DNA of 64,000 nt. Source: Meyerozyma guilliermondii. Its lineage: Eukaryota. The DNA lies in NCBI GenBank assembly GCA_051546255.1, contig CP128821.1:62001-126000 (forward strand), written 5' to 3'. The first letter of the stretch is position 1. Each line of letters begins with the position of its first letter. Shown here piece by piece: positions 31,376 through 42,458 of the stretch. Made by a program: the position numbers and the translations under genes. The notes beneath the pieces were generated by a model. That model made no database searches, was not told the origin of the DNA, and saw only the letters and a program-made list of their open reading frames with translations.

Positions 31376-34300
31376 CTACAAGTTTAACTCGTTAAGTATT
31401 TGACCCGCCAACGTTTTGTAGTTCCATGTGTTACCAAGGATCTTTTTAAATTGAACACCATAAAGTCCAACTAGAGGAACCTTAACAACATGGATCTCAA
31501 ATTTCAATGGTGATTTCTTAGGCTTGGCTCCAGAATTACTGGCGGTATGTTTATGGTTGACTCGCTGCTCCAATCTCGAAGAAACCAACATATCACTGCC
31601 GCCTCCCACCATGATGCCTCCCAAAGAATCAAGCGAGTCATCTTCGGTAAATCGGCTATCATCGTAGTCTTCGTAGTCATCATCCAACAGTCTTATCTTG
31701 GCGCTGGCTGGAGTATTAGGCGGCATTAACGTTTGAGATCCGTTCTTCTTGCGGTTAAGAATGGAATTGCCAATGGAAATCTTTCGCCGATGGCCCACTG
31801 AATTCGATGATCTATGGGTCTTGACACTTGGCGGTGAGAGCGCTTGCGTTTGTAGATGTAACGACGGCTGTCTGAGGGGAGTGCGTTCGGATTCATGCTC
31901 ATGGTGGTATCCTTCGATGGAGGAAGACGTGGACTTGAAAGCATCTCCATAAAGTTTTTCTTCCTCTTCGTTGGTAGAAGCTATGGTAGCATTAGCAGAT
32001 CCTTCTGGCGAAATTTTCGACAACGAAGGTGTGTGAACACACACGAAGCCTCCCTTCACTTCCTGGAACTTGACTCCCAACTGGCTCAATACACGAATGA
32101 TGTTGTAACGAATGACTGGAAGCGGTTTGGTAGACGTAGTTTGAACACTGAAAAAGCCTTTGAGAAAGAGAGTTTTGGGATACTCGATCGACGGCATGCT
32201 ATTAGGCTTAGCGTTGTTGAACTGGTCGATGATCTCCCTGTCGCTGAGCTGGGGAACGATTTGGTGCTCAATATCATCGATTGTAATGTCATCAAAGAAC
32301 CCGTCGTCGCGGCCTCCGCCAACAAGCTCGTCGGAATTCTGGCCTGCCATGACATTGGGTAAAGGTGGTTGCTGCTGGGTTTTACTACGTGTGTTGTAAG
32401 ACTCCTTTCTCACATGACCACCCACGGATTTTGCACGAGCAGTAGGATGAAGAGACTTTCCTGGGGGTTTCGTGGAAGACAATACCTCGGCATCAAGATT
32501 AGGCAACGGCGGCAAGTATTCCACGGGAGTAAATCTTGGTTTGGCAACGGTAGTGGAGTGCGAACGATCGTGTCTGGGCCCTGCTTGGCGCTGAACAGGT
32601 GCTTGTTGTTTGACTGGAGAAGCATCCAAATTGGACGAAGATTTTTCCTTGGCGGTCACCTTCATGCTGACACCACGACGAACCATGGGGTCTGGAGATT
32701 GCGCCGAAGCCAGTGGTTCTGGCGAGAGGTTTTGCGGCAGATACGACCTCTGAGGTGTGTTCGAAGCAGCGCCAACATGCCCCACTTCGACGGTTGGAAT
32801 GCTGTGATTTGAAGACGACTCCGGAGTTGTTCTCGTGGGCGAAGTGGTTTTTTTTCTCGACGACATCCGACGAAGAATAGAGTTGAATCCAGCTTTGGGA
32901 TCCAAGGTGTCGTGCTTGACGGTTGGGCTCTGTTGCTGCATAGGAAGTTGCGACAGTTCGTGCAATCTGGAACTATTAGACTCAACCATAGACGGCGCAA
33001 GAGTATGGGCTTGTTCTGGGAAAGGCAATGGAGAGTTCTGGACTGGCGGGGTGGGGGCATGCTGCTGAGGAGGAGGAACCGAAGTTTGACGAGGAGTTGG
33101 CGCCGGAGAATGTTGCTGGAGTGACTGGCCTGAAACTGCAGTTTGCTGCTTGGCGGCTTCTTCTTTGGCCCGTTTTCTGGAACGCATTTCGCTGATGAGA
33201 AAATAGATGGAAATGAGAGGATGGTAGCCTCCTGTTGGATCCGGAAGAAGCAGCGAGTTTGGAGCAGATGCATAGTCGCGACCCAGCTCGGCGATTTTGT
33301 ACCAGTTTTCCACACTCATCTGGTACTCAACGCTGGAAAGAATACTGGTCAATTCTTCGGTAATGGTTTGCGGCGATCCAAGATCAAAACTGGCTATAGC
33401 CTTGATGATATCGGGGTCCAAAGGAAGAGAAAGTGGTGTCCGTCTTGGAAGATAAGACGACATTACACCATCGTAGCCCTTGTTCATCCATGGGTGTTGC
33501 ATCACCTCGTACAACAGGGCCCGTTTCAGCGGATCCACCACCAACATGCGAGAAAGTAACGAAACACACTCTTTGGAGAGGTCAGCAGGGTACACCACGC
33601 TGCCCTTTTTAATCTTTTCATGCAAAACCAGCACTGACTGGTCGTCGAACGGAACCTTTCCGCAAACAAGAACAAAGAGTACCACTCCAAAAGACCATAC
33701 ATCGACCTCGGGTCCCGTATAAGGCTTTGCTGACAAGAGTTCCGGAGCTGCAAAGTATAAAGAACCACAGTAGGTCTTGAGCAAGGTTTTGGGTGAGTAG
33801 AGATTAGACAAGCCGAAATCGATGATTTTGATATCACCTTTTCTGTTGATCATGATGTTTTCGATCTTCAAATCACGATGCACCACATTGTTACGATGAC
33901 AGTATTCAAGCGCCAGCGCAATGCCCCTAGCAAACTTACGGGCGTTCTTCTCCTTGAGAGATCCATGCGACACGATATAGTCGAGCATCTGGCCGCCTTC
34001 AACGTACTCAAATAGCATATAGTAGTGATTGGTCATTGGCACCATTTCGTACAAGCGGCAGATAAACGGATGGAACAAAAGACGGCCGAGAGCACCTTCA
34101 CGAATAGTTCTTTTATCGCGAGCCACTTCTTTCTCGAATTCCTTTTGGCGCTGGGCGGAAGCCTGGGCATTAAGCGGAGGATCATTAGCATGGGCTCTTT
34201 GGTATAATTTGGCAGCTCTGGGAACAATTTTAACGGCACAAATCTCGCCAGTGCTGTTGTGCTGAGCAAGCTTGACTTTACCCATCGACCCGGCGCCAAT

Positions 34301-35110
34301 GGTTTTGACAAAGTCCCAGTCGCCTATGGACTTTCTGTGGAACTGCTGAGAGCCCAGCTGGCCCTGCTGCGAGGAGCCGTGCTGCGAAGAGCCGTGAGGC
34401 TGCGAGCCAGCAGGGTGTGATTGAGCAGGCTGAACAGGCTGAGACTGGGACTGGTGCGACAGGTGCAGCGACTGGCGCAGACCGTGAGACTGCTGAGAGT
34501 GAGCGGAATGCTGTTGAGCAGACTGATGCTGAGCAGACTGATGCTGGTGAGTCTGGTTCTGAGTCATGTTCTGAGTCTGATTCTGAGGAGTCTGTGGCTG
34601 CGAGTGCAGATGGTGATGAGAGACCCGTGGCGAGTCCTTTTGAAAGTTCGGGTGATTGGCATTTTGGGGCTGGGTCTGTTGCTGCTTGCGGTTGATAGCC
34701 GCCGGCGGAAGAAGTTCCTTATTCATCGGCGAAGCAACCGGTCTGCCGATACTAGGGGTTCGCGAGTGAGACCCACCGTCGCCAGAACCACCATAATGTG
34801 GCGACTCGTGGCCCGGCGGGCCGGAAGCAACTCGAACGTCGCTACGCGACCCCTTCACTGATCCCGATACCGAACGAAGCATTCGAGGTGTGGCCGGCTG
34901 GGGTGGATGGAGGCCTTGGGCGTGAGTTTCCAGCAGCGGGCCGTCGCCAGAAGGGTAGGAAGTGGTGGCAAAGTCGGTTTTTGGTTGCACAACATGAACT
35001 TGGGCTGGAGGCAGAGTTGAAGATTGGTCATTTGCCGGTGGATACTGGAAAGACAAGTCGTCAGCAGACGCTTTTGTGGGATCCCGGTGTTCGAAAGAGA
35101 CCGGATCCAT
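31376..35110 (-). CDS. KIN2: Kin1/Kin2 (MARK/PAR-1) Ser/Thr kinase with KA1 domain
   Basis: FHRKSIGDWDFVKTIGAGSMGKVK, HRDLKIEN, YCGSLYFAAPE, PLKFEIHVVKVP..ELNL; first ATG at 35110. Confidence 0.93.
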   Translation of the reverse strand: MDPVSFEHRDPTKASADDLSFQYPPANDQSSTLPPAQVHVVQPKTDFATTSYPSGDGPLLETHAQGLHPPQPATPRMLRSVSGSVKGSRSDVRVASGPPGHESPHYGGSGDGGSHSRTPSIGRPVASPMNKELLPPAAINRKQQQTQPQNANHPNFQKDSPRVSHHHLHSQPQTPQNQTQNMTQNQTHQHQSAQHQSAQQHSAHSQQSHGLRQSLHLSHQSQSQPVQPAQSHPAGSQPHGSSQHGSSQQGQLGSQQFHRKSIGDWDFVKTIGAGSMGKVKLAQHNSTGEICAVKIVPRAAKLYQRAHANDPPLNAQASAQRQKEFEKEVARDKRTIREGALGRLLFHPFICRLYEMVPMTNHYYMLFEYVEGGQMLDYIVSHGSLKEKNARKFARGIALALEYCHRNNVVHRDLKIENIMINRKGDIKIIDFGLSNLYSPKTLLKTYCGSLYFAAPELLSAKPYTGPEVDVWSFGVVLFVLVCGKVPFDDQSVLVLHEKIKKGSVVYPADLSKECVSLLSRMLVVDPLKRALLYEVMQHPWMNKGYDGVMSSYLPRRTPLSLPLDPDIIKAIASFDLGSPQTITEELTSILSSVEYQMSVENWYKIAELGRDYASAPNSLLLPDPTGGYHPLISIYFLISEMRSRKRAKEEAAKQQTAVSGQSLQQHSPAPTPRQTSVPPPQQHAPTPPVQNSPLPFPEQAHTLAPSMVESNSSRLHELSQLPMQQQSPTVKHDTLDPKAGFNSILRRMSSRKKTTSPTRTTPESSSNHSIPTVEVGHVGAASNTPQRSYLPQNLSPEPLASAQSPDPMVRRGVSMKVTAKEKSSSNLDASPVKQQAPVQRQAGPRHDRSHSTTVAKPRFTPVEYLPPLPNLDAEVLSSTKPPGKSLHPTARAKSVGGHVRKESYNTRSKTQQQPPLPNVMAGQNSDELVGGGRDDGFFDDITIDDIEHQIVPQLSDREIIDQFNNAKPNSMPSIEYPKTLFLKGFFSVQTTSTKPLPVIRYNIIRVLSQLGVKFQEVKGGFVCVHTPSLSKISPEGSANATIASTNEEEEKLYGDAFKSTSSSIEGYHHEHESERTPLRQPSLHLQTQALSPPSVKTHRSSNSVGHRRKISIGNSILNRKKNGSQTLMPPNTPASAKIRLLDDDYEDYDDSRFTEDDSLDSLGGIMVGGGSDMLVSSRLEQRVNHKHTASNSGAKPKKSPLKFEIHVVKVPLVGLYGVQFKKILGNTWNYKTLAGQILNELNL

Positions 35111-35664
35111 CGTTGGGGCTTGCTCAACGGAAGTTTTCGCCGACTTGTGGTGGGTCCAATATGTTGGTATACACAGAGATGAAAGGGAGGAAGTGCGCGC
35201 ACCGTGCAGGAGGCGACGAAGTTGGGGGGTGTGGGTTATTTTGGAGAAAAATGGTGTTGGGGGGTAAAGGGTAAGGGAGGGTGTTTGTGGAGGGGAATTG
35301 AGTGGGAATGTGAAAAAAAATGGAAAAATGACCAGTGGTTGGGGAATTTGATGGGCTGTTTGTTGCTGTGAATGTCCTGCAGCTAGCGAGAGAGTAGCGA
35401 GCGACAAATGAAGAGACGACAGAGTGAAGAGTTAAGAAAATTAAAAAGAAAATTAATATTGAATGAAGTTGTAGAGATTTGTAAGTATTGGTGTTTGACG
35501 TCAATTGTTAATTTTTTTACTTTACTTTCACTTACTCTCACTCACTTTTCTCATTGCTCTTCTCAGTATTCCATTCATACATTTCTTCTACTTTTCTTCC
35601 ACTTTTCTCTTTTCTCTACACTCCTTCCTTTTCTACACCTCCTTATTTCCTCTCTATTCACTAC

Positions 35665-36026
35665 TTAATGCTTGTGGTGTTTCAAGTGAGACTGGTACTC
35701 CCAGGTGTATCCCAACACAATGACGAGCACAGCCAAGTGCACCAATGGCTTTCCAGATGCATTTTCTCCGTCAAAGTAAGCAGCCTTGTACTTTCCAAAA
35801 GGCGAGGTGGGCTTCTTGGCGGCAGGAGCTGGGCCGGTTGGCAACTTTTTGTAGAAAGAAACCACCTCGGCCATTCTCTTAGCGTTGGGGTTGGACCCAA
35901 TGTTCTGAGTTAGTAACTTAAACAACCAAAAATCGATGCTAGATATAAATAGGGGGCACTTACCTTTGCAGAAGCCACCTTGGGTGGAATCAATGTGGAC
36001 AACAGCCTTCTGACAATAAATGACAT
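35665..36026 (-). CDS. ATP17: Mitochondrial ATP synthase subunit f; exons 36026-35964 and 35904-35665
   Basis: MSFIVRR(S)LSTLIPPKVASAK|NIGSNPNAKRMAEVVSFYKKLPTGPA; 59-nt intron GTAAGT..TACTAAC-TCAG. Confidence 0.95.
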
Positions 36027-36282
36027 GTTTGGTAAAACGTTGAAGGTGATTTTCAATCCCGGTCGAGCGCGCGCTCTCATTCGCCGGCCTGCCTGCAGGC
36101 CCCTTTTAAGCTGCGACAGCAGCTTAAGAATGGTAGAATGGTAGTCTACGCAAGTAGACTGCCAGGACCATAAGCTGATAAAATCATTTGACCATACTAC
36201 TCTTGCTACAGTCTACACTACTCTCACTACAATTTACTCCCTCTCTTACAGCTTTCTCACATTTCCTTATCCTCCATGTATT

Positions 36283-36604
36283 TCACATAGCACTAATATA
36301 CAAGACTGTGTTAGTATTCCTCAATTTTCTTCAATTTCATCAATTCTTTCTCCATTTTCTTCAACTTACCATTGTTGCCTCTTATAAACACATCCCCGTA
36401 CGACCGGATCTCGCTTCCATCGATAAATTCTTTAGTATTCTCCAAAACAATGTTCATATACCCATCAATACTTTGAAGTTTTCCTCTATATTGGACTCCA
36501 TTGTGCAACTTTACCATTACCGCAGAGTGCAATATATACGATAAGAACTTCGAAGGATCGACTTTGCCGTCGCTGGGCGCACCAGACGCTTCTACCTCGG
36601 CCAT
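36283..36604 (-). CDS. LSM6: Sm-like protein Lsm6; exons 36604-36370 and 36305-36283
   Basis: DPSKFL..VKLHNGVQYRGKLQSIDGYMNI..YGDVFIRGNN|VLYISAM*; 64-nt intron GTAAGT..TACTAAC-ACAG. Confidence 0.92.
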
Positions 36605-36689
36605 GTGTCGTGAGATTGAAATCTGAAAAGAAGTTGTGTGCGCGTGTCGTGCGCGTACCGCTTTGACTCTTGGTAGGCAAAAAAGAAAG

Positions 36690-36761
36690 CTCCGAGACGG
36701 GGAATTGAACCCCGGTCTACCACGCGACAAGCGGTAATTCTAGCCACTAAACTATCTCGGA
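36690..36761 (-). tRNA. tRNA-Asp(GTC)
   Basis: TCCGAGATAGTTTAGTGGCTAGAATTACCGCTTGTCGCGTGGTAGACCGGGGTTCAATTCCCCGTCTCGGAG: paired acceptor stem, GTC anticodon, GGTTCAATTCC B-box, followed by a T-run terminator. Confidence 0.97.
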
Positions 36762-36861
36762 CGAATCTGTAAGAGATTGCAGATGCTTGTCTTAAGTACG
36801 CGCACTTTTAGTACTGTTCAAAATTGCAGCACATTTTACTGAACTGAACTTACTTTCGCTC

Positions 36862-38397
36862 ATGTTGGCATTGGCTTTCCGGCACCATTTTTGCTCTGCG
36901 CAAAAGCGTTTTTTCTCAACTGCAAGCCACATACCTTCCTACAAAATAGCAATAGTTGGTTCGGGACCAGCAGCGTTTTATACTGCTCATCACTTGCTAA
37001 ATCGAAGTTCACCGGAACACGATTTCCGACTTAATATCGACTTTTTTGAACGGCTTCCGGCTCCCTATGGTTTGAGCCGGTATGGGGTGGCTCCGGACCA
37101 CCCCGAGGTCAAGAATTGTGAGGAATATCTCGACGATATTATGCAAAAGTTTCAGAATCATGACAAACATAATGTCCGATTTTTCGGAAATGTTGATGTT
37201 GGAAACGATGTTTCTCTCCAAGATTTGGACAAAAGCTACCACTCGGTGGTGCTCGCATACGGATGTACTACGGCGGATAACTCGCTAAATATACCTGGCG
37301 AAAATTTACCTGGAGTAATTTCTGCTCGCCAGTTTGTCAACTGGTATAATGGGTTTCCCGATAAGTACTTTGGAGGCTTTGTAGCTCCACCTTTGCACAA
37401 GATCAACGATGTGACCATCATTGGCAACGGCAATGTCGCGTTAGATGTGGCCAGAGTGTTGTTGGCGGACCCAGAAACCCACTGGACACCCACCGATATG
37501 CTGCAAAATGCTGTTGAGATTCTCAAACAAAGCGCCGTGAAAAATGTAAATATCGTGGCCAGGAGAGGCATTCTCGAGTCAGCGTTCAGCAACAAGGAAA
37601 TTCGGGAGCTTTTCGAGGTCGCCAAAGCAAATAATGTCAAATTCATCACCCTCGCACCTGAGCTCATGGACGGTATCGACCCCAAATCTTTGGGAAGAGT
37701 CGATAAACGAAGACTAGATATCTTGAACAAGTTCTCCAAGCAAGAGGTTGTGGGCGACAGAACGTGGTCTCTCAAATATTTGATGTCGCCCAAGGAAATT
37801 GTTCCTAGTGAAACCGATCCCGAGCTACTTTCTGGAGTCAAGTTTGCTCAAAACAAGTTGGAAAAGGACTCTCTCACACATAAGACTTCAATTAAAGAGT
37901 CGGGAGAGCCCCCAGTCTTCTTGAAGACGGATCTTCTTCTTCTTTCCATCGGCTACAAAGGCTCACCGTTACGAGGATTTGAAGACATCGGCATTTTTTT
38001 CGACAAAAAACAGAATAGAATTCTCAATAGAAGAGGTCGAGTCTTGTCTACGGCAAGCTCTAGCGAGGAAACCCACCAGCCCGTCTACAAGAAAGGATGG
38101 TACACATCTGGGTGGATCAAAAATGGACCCCAGGGCGTAATTGCAACAACCATGATGGACTCATTCGACACCGCCGATACTATCTTGGAGGACTTGTCCA
38201 ATCACGTTTATTCTAGCTCGTCGCCCTTGTCGATAGACGAGAAGCTTGAGAAGTTGGACTATGTAAATTGGAATAGCTGGATGAAGCTTAATCAGAAAGA
38301 AGTTGACGAGGGAAAACTTTTGGGAAAGTCAAGAGTAAAGTACTCCAAAGTGAAGGAGATGCTAGCTATTGCCCATCAGCACACCCTGGAACAGTGA
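36862..38397 (+). CDS. ARH1: Mitochondrial ferredoxin (adrenodoxin) reductase
   Basis: IVGSGPAAFY, PYGLSRYGVAPDHPEVKN, IIGNGNVALDVAR, GWIKNGPQGVIATTM. Confidence 0.96.
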   Translation: MLALAFRHHFCSAQKRFFSTASHIPSYKIAIVGSGPAAFYTAHHLLNRSSPEHDFRLNIDFFERLPAPYGLSRYGVAPDHPEVKNCEEYLDDIMQKFQNHDKHNVRFFGNVDVGNDVSLQDLDKSYHSVVLAYGCTTADNSLNIPGENLPGVISARQFVNWYNGFPDKYFGGFVAPPLHKINDVTIIGNGNVALDVARVLLADPETHWTPTDMLQNAVEILKQSAVKNVNIVARRGILESAFSNKEIRELFEVAKANNVKFITLAPELMDGIDPKSLGRVDKRRLDILNKFSKQEVVGDRTWSLKYLMSPKEIVPSETDPELLSGVKFAQNKLEKDSLTHKTSIKESGEPPVFLKTDLLLLSIGYKGSPLRGFEDIGIFFDKKQNRILNRRGRVLSTASSSEETHQPVYKKGWYTSGWIKNGPQGVIATTMMDSFDTADTILEDLSNHVYSSSSPLSIDEKLEKLDYVNWNSWMKLNQKEVDEGKLLGKSRVKYSKVKEMLAIAHQHTLEQ

Positions 38398-39322
38398 TAA
38401 AGTAGTTGCGGTGCTCCTTTCTGCCCCACACCGAATGCAAATCAATCATGCCAAGAGACTGCTGGAGAAACTCCAACTCGCTCAAATCTCGACCAGAGTC
38501 CCGCTCGAGGTTTTTCGGGCCATGAGGAAGATCTCCCTTGTTAATATAGTACTCACATCCGCCGTGAGCATAGATGCCTGGTGGAAGGTACGGAACCGGG
38601 TCGTTCTTGTGGACCACTCTGATGAAGCCATGGTCGAAGGAATGGGTTTTTCTGACCTGGTGGACAACTTGGCGGGTTTTAAACTGGTCGTCGATGAATT
38701 TCATCATCGCCTTGTTGCCGACTTTTGGACTAGCAAACGACACAACCAACGTTTTGTGGCCCAAAATCTGGAGCTCCACTCCGCTCAAGATGGCTAGCGC
38801 TCCGCCTAGCGAGTGCCCAACCACCACTAGCTTGAAATCAGGGTGTTCTTCTTTCAAAGACAGCACTTTTTCAATGATATCCATACAGTTTCGTTCGAGA
38901 AATTGGTAAAATCCTCGATGAACAAGACAATTTTCACACTTGGTGGGGACTTTTTTGCGCTTTCGAACGATAGGACGGTACGGAACAGGTATGGCATCGA
39001 TGTTTCCCTTCCAATCTCGAATCGAAGATGTTCCTCGGAACCCAAGAATTATGCGTTGGTTTTGCTTATCGATGGCATAAAACCCAGCACCAATTTCGGC
39101 CCAGTTATTAAAGTCGAAGGTATCAACAATCTCAAGGTCCTGGAGAGCGTCATTGGTGCATCTGTCTAGCGTGCAAAACGACAGTAATTTTCCGGGCTTC
39201 AAGCCGCGGTTAATGCAGTAAGCGATGGATGCAATATTGACATATTCCACCAAAGCATGGTAGTCTGGCGAGGCCATACCGAACACCGAAGCCACCAATA
39301 CCAACCACCACACAAATCTCAT
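38366..39322 (-). CDS. Secreted class 3 lipase
   Basis: Signal peptide; FRGTSS, VHRGF, VVGHSLGGALA (GxSxG), RVVHKNDPVPYLP, HRNYF. Confidence 0.92.
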   Translation of the reverse strand: MRFVWWLVLVASVFGMASPDYHALVEYVNIASIAYCINRGLKPGKLLSFCTLDRCTNDALQDLEIVDTFDFNNWAEIGAGFYAIDKQNQRIILGFRGTSSIRDWKGNIDAIPVPYRPIVRKRKKVPTKCENCLVHRGFYQFLERNCMDIIEKVLSLKEEHPDFKLVVVGHSLGGALAILSGVELQILGHKTLVVSFASPKVGNKAMMKFIDDQFKTRQVVHQVRKTHSFDHGFIRVVHKNDPVPYLPPGIYAHGGCEYYINKGDLPHGPKNLERDSGRDLSELEFLQQSLGMIDLHSVWGRKEHRNYFITVPGCADGQ

Positions 39323-39480
39323 GAATCATAATGAGGAATTGGCTGTTTTTCATAAACCTCATTATACTATACTTTCTGGTGAAATTTTTGGTCAAATTTC
39401 GGCTCGGCAAGAATAAGCACCAATTGCTCAAAAGCTGCAATTTTCTGGCTATTGCTAGCTATTGCTAGCTACGCTAGCAG

Positions 39481-40185
39481 CTAATTGCACCGCAGCTCCT
39501 GGTGTACTCGGTTGCATCGAACACTGCACAGAAATAAGCCACAAGAAGTGCATCTTGCATAAGACGAGTTTTGGCCGCAAATACAGCAGAGTCTAAGCCG
39601 AGGTTTGAATGTGGAACTTTTTCGAAGTTTACGTCGTTTCGAAGCTGGACCGTCATTTTCGGAAGATATACTGTCGATAGCATCGACAAATTGGTAATTG
39701 AGTGCCAAAATGGAATTTATGGAAATGACATTTCTTTCTTCTTCAAAGTACAGATTGAGATTTCGACGAGCAGAAAGAATCTTTTTGGTGGTGGGGGTGT
39801 TTCCCTGTCTGGCTTTCTTATCGGGGTTAATTCCACCGTGAATACTGTGATATGCAAAATTCTTAGGAAGCTCAAACTGAGCTCCAGATGCCGGTTCTCG
39901 GTTTAGGTCCACCAAACGCTTGGAAATTATTCGCTCGAGTTGGATTTGTTGAGCCGACTTGAGGCTTCCACCAGAACTGGAATCGGCAATTTGCGTCTGT
40001 GCATTCATCAAATACGTAAGGTTGTAGTTTACTTTGGGCCTATTCTTGCCTTGACGAGAAGCGGATTCTGCTGCAGTTTCATTTGATTCTTGATTTGCAT
40101 ACGGGCGAGATTTGGCTGAGAGGTTGACAGACGACGAGAAATATACCCTAGGATTAGCGCCTTTGGGCACCTCTTCAACGAGCAT
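39481..40185 (-). CDS. VPS71: SWR1 complex subunit Vps71/Swc6 (HIT zinc finger)
   Basis: TKKILSARRNLNLYFEEE; CCICG..CTSCG..CSVRCNRVHQELRC; ATG at 40185. Confidence 0.88.
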   Translation of the reverse strand: MLVEEVPKGANPRVYFSSSVNLSAKSRPYANQESNETAAESASRQGKNRPKVNYNLTYLMNAQTQIADSSSGGSLKSAQQIQLERIISKRLVDLNREPASGAQFELPKNFAYHSIHGGINPDKKARQGNTPTTKKILSARRNLNLYFEEERNVISINSILALNYQFVDAIDSISSENDGPASKRRKLRKSSTFKPRLRLCCICGQNSSYARCTSCGLFLCSVRCNRVHQELRCN

Positions 40186-40424
40186 AAGAATGGAGAAGAA
40201 CAGAGAATAGAATTGAGAATAGAATAGATAAATATTTACACCGGTGCACCGCTGCAGCTCACGGCGTATAAGCAGTGGACGCCCTGCAATGCAACTCACC
40301 TACAGCCGACACAGTATTCAAACGCAGTCCCTCTGCATCCTCTGCATCATTTTCTTACTATTTATTTACATGACTTTCCTCTTACTTTTTCTTCCTTTCC
40401 ACTTTTTCCCTTCGTTTCTTTCTC

Positions 40425-40682
40425 CTACTTTTCCTTTCCTTGTATCTCCTCACTCGTGAACGGCTGGTCTTCCCTCGCCTTGTCCAACATAGGCTTGATC
40501 TTTTGTTTTGCCAACGCAGTGTTCACACAAGTGATATACTCATCCCACAAATCCGTGCATTCGTTATGGAGCGACTTTCCCTTAAGAAATTTTTCCGAGT
40601 ACCACGCATTGAAACACTCGTCATACTTGGTCTTTGCAGGCGTGCATTCGGGCGCAAAAGATACAGACATGCTGTTGCCCAT
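40425..40682 (-). CDS. MDM35: Mitochondrial IMS twin CX9C-type protein Mdm35
   Basis: [38 protein letters not shown] at 40682. Confidence 0.94.
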   Translation of the reverse strand: MGNSMSVSFAPECTPAKTKYDECFNAWYSEKFLKGKSLHNECTDLWDEYITCVNTALAKQKIKPMLDKAREDQPFTSEEIQGKEK

Positions 40683-40792
40683 TCCGAGTCGCCACTGGGT
40701 TGAGTGGTCGCACCAATGGTGCTTGTTCCTGCAGGCAGTACTCGGTTGTAGGTGCTTGGATCTATTGGTGTGTGGGTCTGTTCCGCTTCTCA

Positions 40793-40798
40793 ACGCGT
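40793..40798. promoter_or_regulatory. MCB element ACGCGT
   Basis: Exact ACGCGT about 15 nt upstream of the ASK1 ATG in the MDM35/ASK1 divergent promoter. Confidence 0.5.
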
Positions 40799-40813
40799 AA
40801 ACAACCCATCTTC

Positions 40814-42181
40814 ATGAAGCGATACTCCATAGCTCCCGGGCTGACGCGCCGCAAATCGGCGCATGTGGGCTCAGGCGCGGGCTCGGACCCGGCTGCGACG
40901 TTGGAGCTTGAAAAACTAGAGCAAGAAATCACCCTTACTCTTCAAGAAATTGACAAAAATTTATCCAAGGCGAACGCAGTAATTTCTGAAAAAATGTTCC
41001 CAATTCTTGCTAAATACGCTCAATCGTCTCAGAAAGTGTGGAACAATGCCAATTTTTGGAAATACTTCTTGGAACAGGCAGCAGACGTGGAACTTACCAG
41101 CTACGAAGCACCGGCCAATTTAGGCACCAATTTGAATACAATTGCCAATTCTAAGCGAGCTGACGCTCAGGAAAACCAATGCGAAACCACATCGAAATCC
41201 ACTACCGACTGGCTTGAAAAAGACCACCAGAACACAGACCATGCTCATCGGCTCGATGTCGCGAAAAATCAGGGCCACGCTTTTGCCGGTCTCGGAGAAA
41301 CTCCTACGTGGTCACCTGAACGTCCTCACAAGGCAGATGATATACAAGCGTCGACTCCAGAAGCAATACGAAAAAATGCAAATCCCGGGGCTGTTGTCCA
41401 GCCAACACCCCAAATGATCACCCACACCATCCGCCAGTCTCTTGACAATTACCACCGAATATCCATCTCTCCACGAAAGGATACCCGCGCCACCACCAGT
41501 GAGCGCCACCGCCGCGATTCGGTGATTCGTAAATTTATCAATTCGTCGCCAACACTTCCGGAACCACCAGTACTCGTTTCGGACTTTGGACCACCTTCTC
41601 CATCCAAAAATGTCCGTGATCTGGCTCAACTTCAGGCCCAGGTTCTTGCAGCTACTCCCATGCGAGATCCGCCCTTTCGCAGCCAAAATTCGTTGCAGAG
41701 GTTCCCGCGAACTCCAAAAATTGGTGCCGATTCCAACGAGCCGGTGGATATAATGAGAACACCTTTGGGGGTACGGATCCGATACGGAGACGATAGCGAG
41801 TTGGCGCCTCCAGAAATGGAAACTAACACCAACAAAGCTAGTGTGGAAGAAAATATGCAACTTCCAGACTTGCAAACCATAGAAACTGGGTCCAATAAAC
41901 GGCGTCGATTGTCGACTGCTGACGACGAACAAAATGTGTTTTTAGACCAGAATAGCTGGACTCAACCACGAGAAAATACCCTGACAAATTCCAATTTGCT
42001 TGAAGCATTTGAAGACGTGGCCACCAATTCGTCAATAACATTAAAGCAGACGGGTGTGTCTGGTGAAAAACCGCAAGATTTATTTGCAACCATTGAGCAC
42101 GATACCACAGATAATAGCACGTCGGAATTGGGGCAGTTTTACAGAGATCGGCTTAAGGAGTTTACGAATTACGGCTCCTGA
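40814..42181 (+). CDS. ASK1: DASH/Dam1 complex subunit Ask1
   Basis: LEKLEQEITLTLQEIDKNLS..FWKYFLEQAADVEL; many S/T-P sites; ATG at 40814. Confidence 0.92.
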   Translation: MKRYSIAPGLTRRKSAHVGSGAGSDPAATLELEKLEQEITLTLQEIDKNLSKANAVISEKMFPILAKYAQSSQKVWNNANFWKYFLEQAADVELTSYEAPANLGTNLNTIANSKRADAQENQCETTSKSTTDWLEKDHQNTDHAHRLDVAKNQGHAFAGLGETPTWSPERPHKADDIQASTPEAIRKNANPGAVVQPTPQMITHTIRQSLDNYHRISISPRKDTRATTSERHRRDSVIRKFINSSPTLPEPPVLVSDFGPPSPSKNVRDLAQLQAQVLAATPMRDPPFRSQNSLQRFPRTPKIGADSNEPVDIMRTPLGVRIRYGDDSELAPPEMETNTNKASVEENMQLPDLQTIETGSNKRRRLSTADDEQNVFLDQNSWTQPRENTLTNSNLLEAFEDVATNSSITLKQTGVSGEKPQDLFATIEHDTTDNSTSELGQFYRDRLKEFTNYGS

Positions 42182-42458
42182 TAGCCATGTATATTATGTA
42201 CTATAGGACAAATAGAGAACGGAAGACTGAAGAGTGACTAAAGAGTGACTGAAGAGAAGCTGCACACTGACTGCACGGTGACGCATATTACGCATATTAC
42301 GCAAGAATCGTCATCTGCAGGCTCAAAGTAAGCACAGATCGCTTACGTCCGCTGCTGACATTCAGCGCGCGCGTGATTGGCCACATCTGTCACACCACTT
42401 TCCTGCACGCAGCGGGGTTTGACTATAAAGATCCGCCTTGGCTGCAAACACAACAAAA

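Noticed and set aside
35111..35407. 99-codon in-frame extension upstream of the KIN2 ATG
   Set aside because: No ATG, low-complexity C/T-rich leader that naturally lacks stops; no evidence for a non-AUG start.
36605..36730. Longer LSM6 ORF start
   Set aside because: Runs through the tRNA-Asp gene; the real ATG is at 36604 and the ORF's 3' end is intron.
39486..40268. Loose similarity between the VPS71 3' end (TGCACCGCAGCTC) and its upstream region (TGCACCGCTGCAGCTC)
   Set aside because: Short and gapped; chance cannot be excluded.
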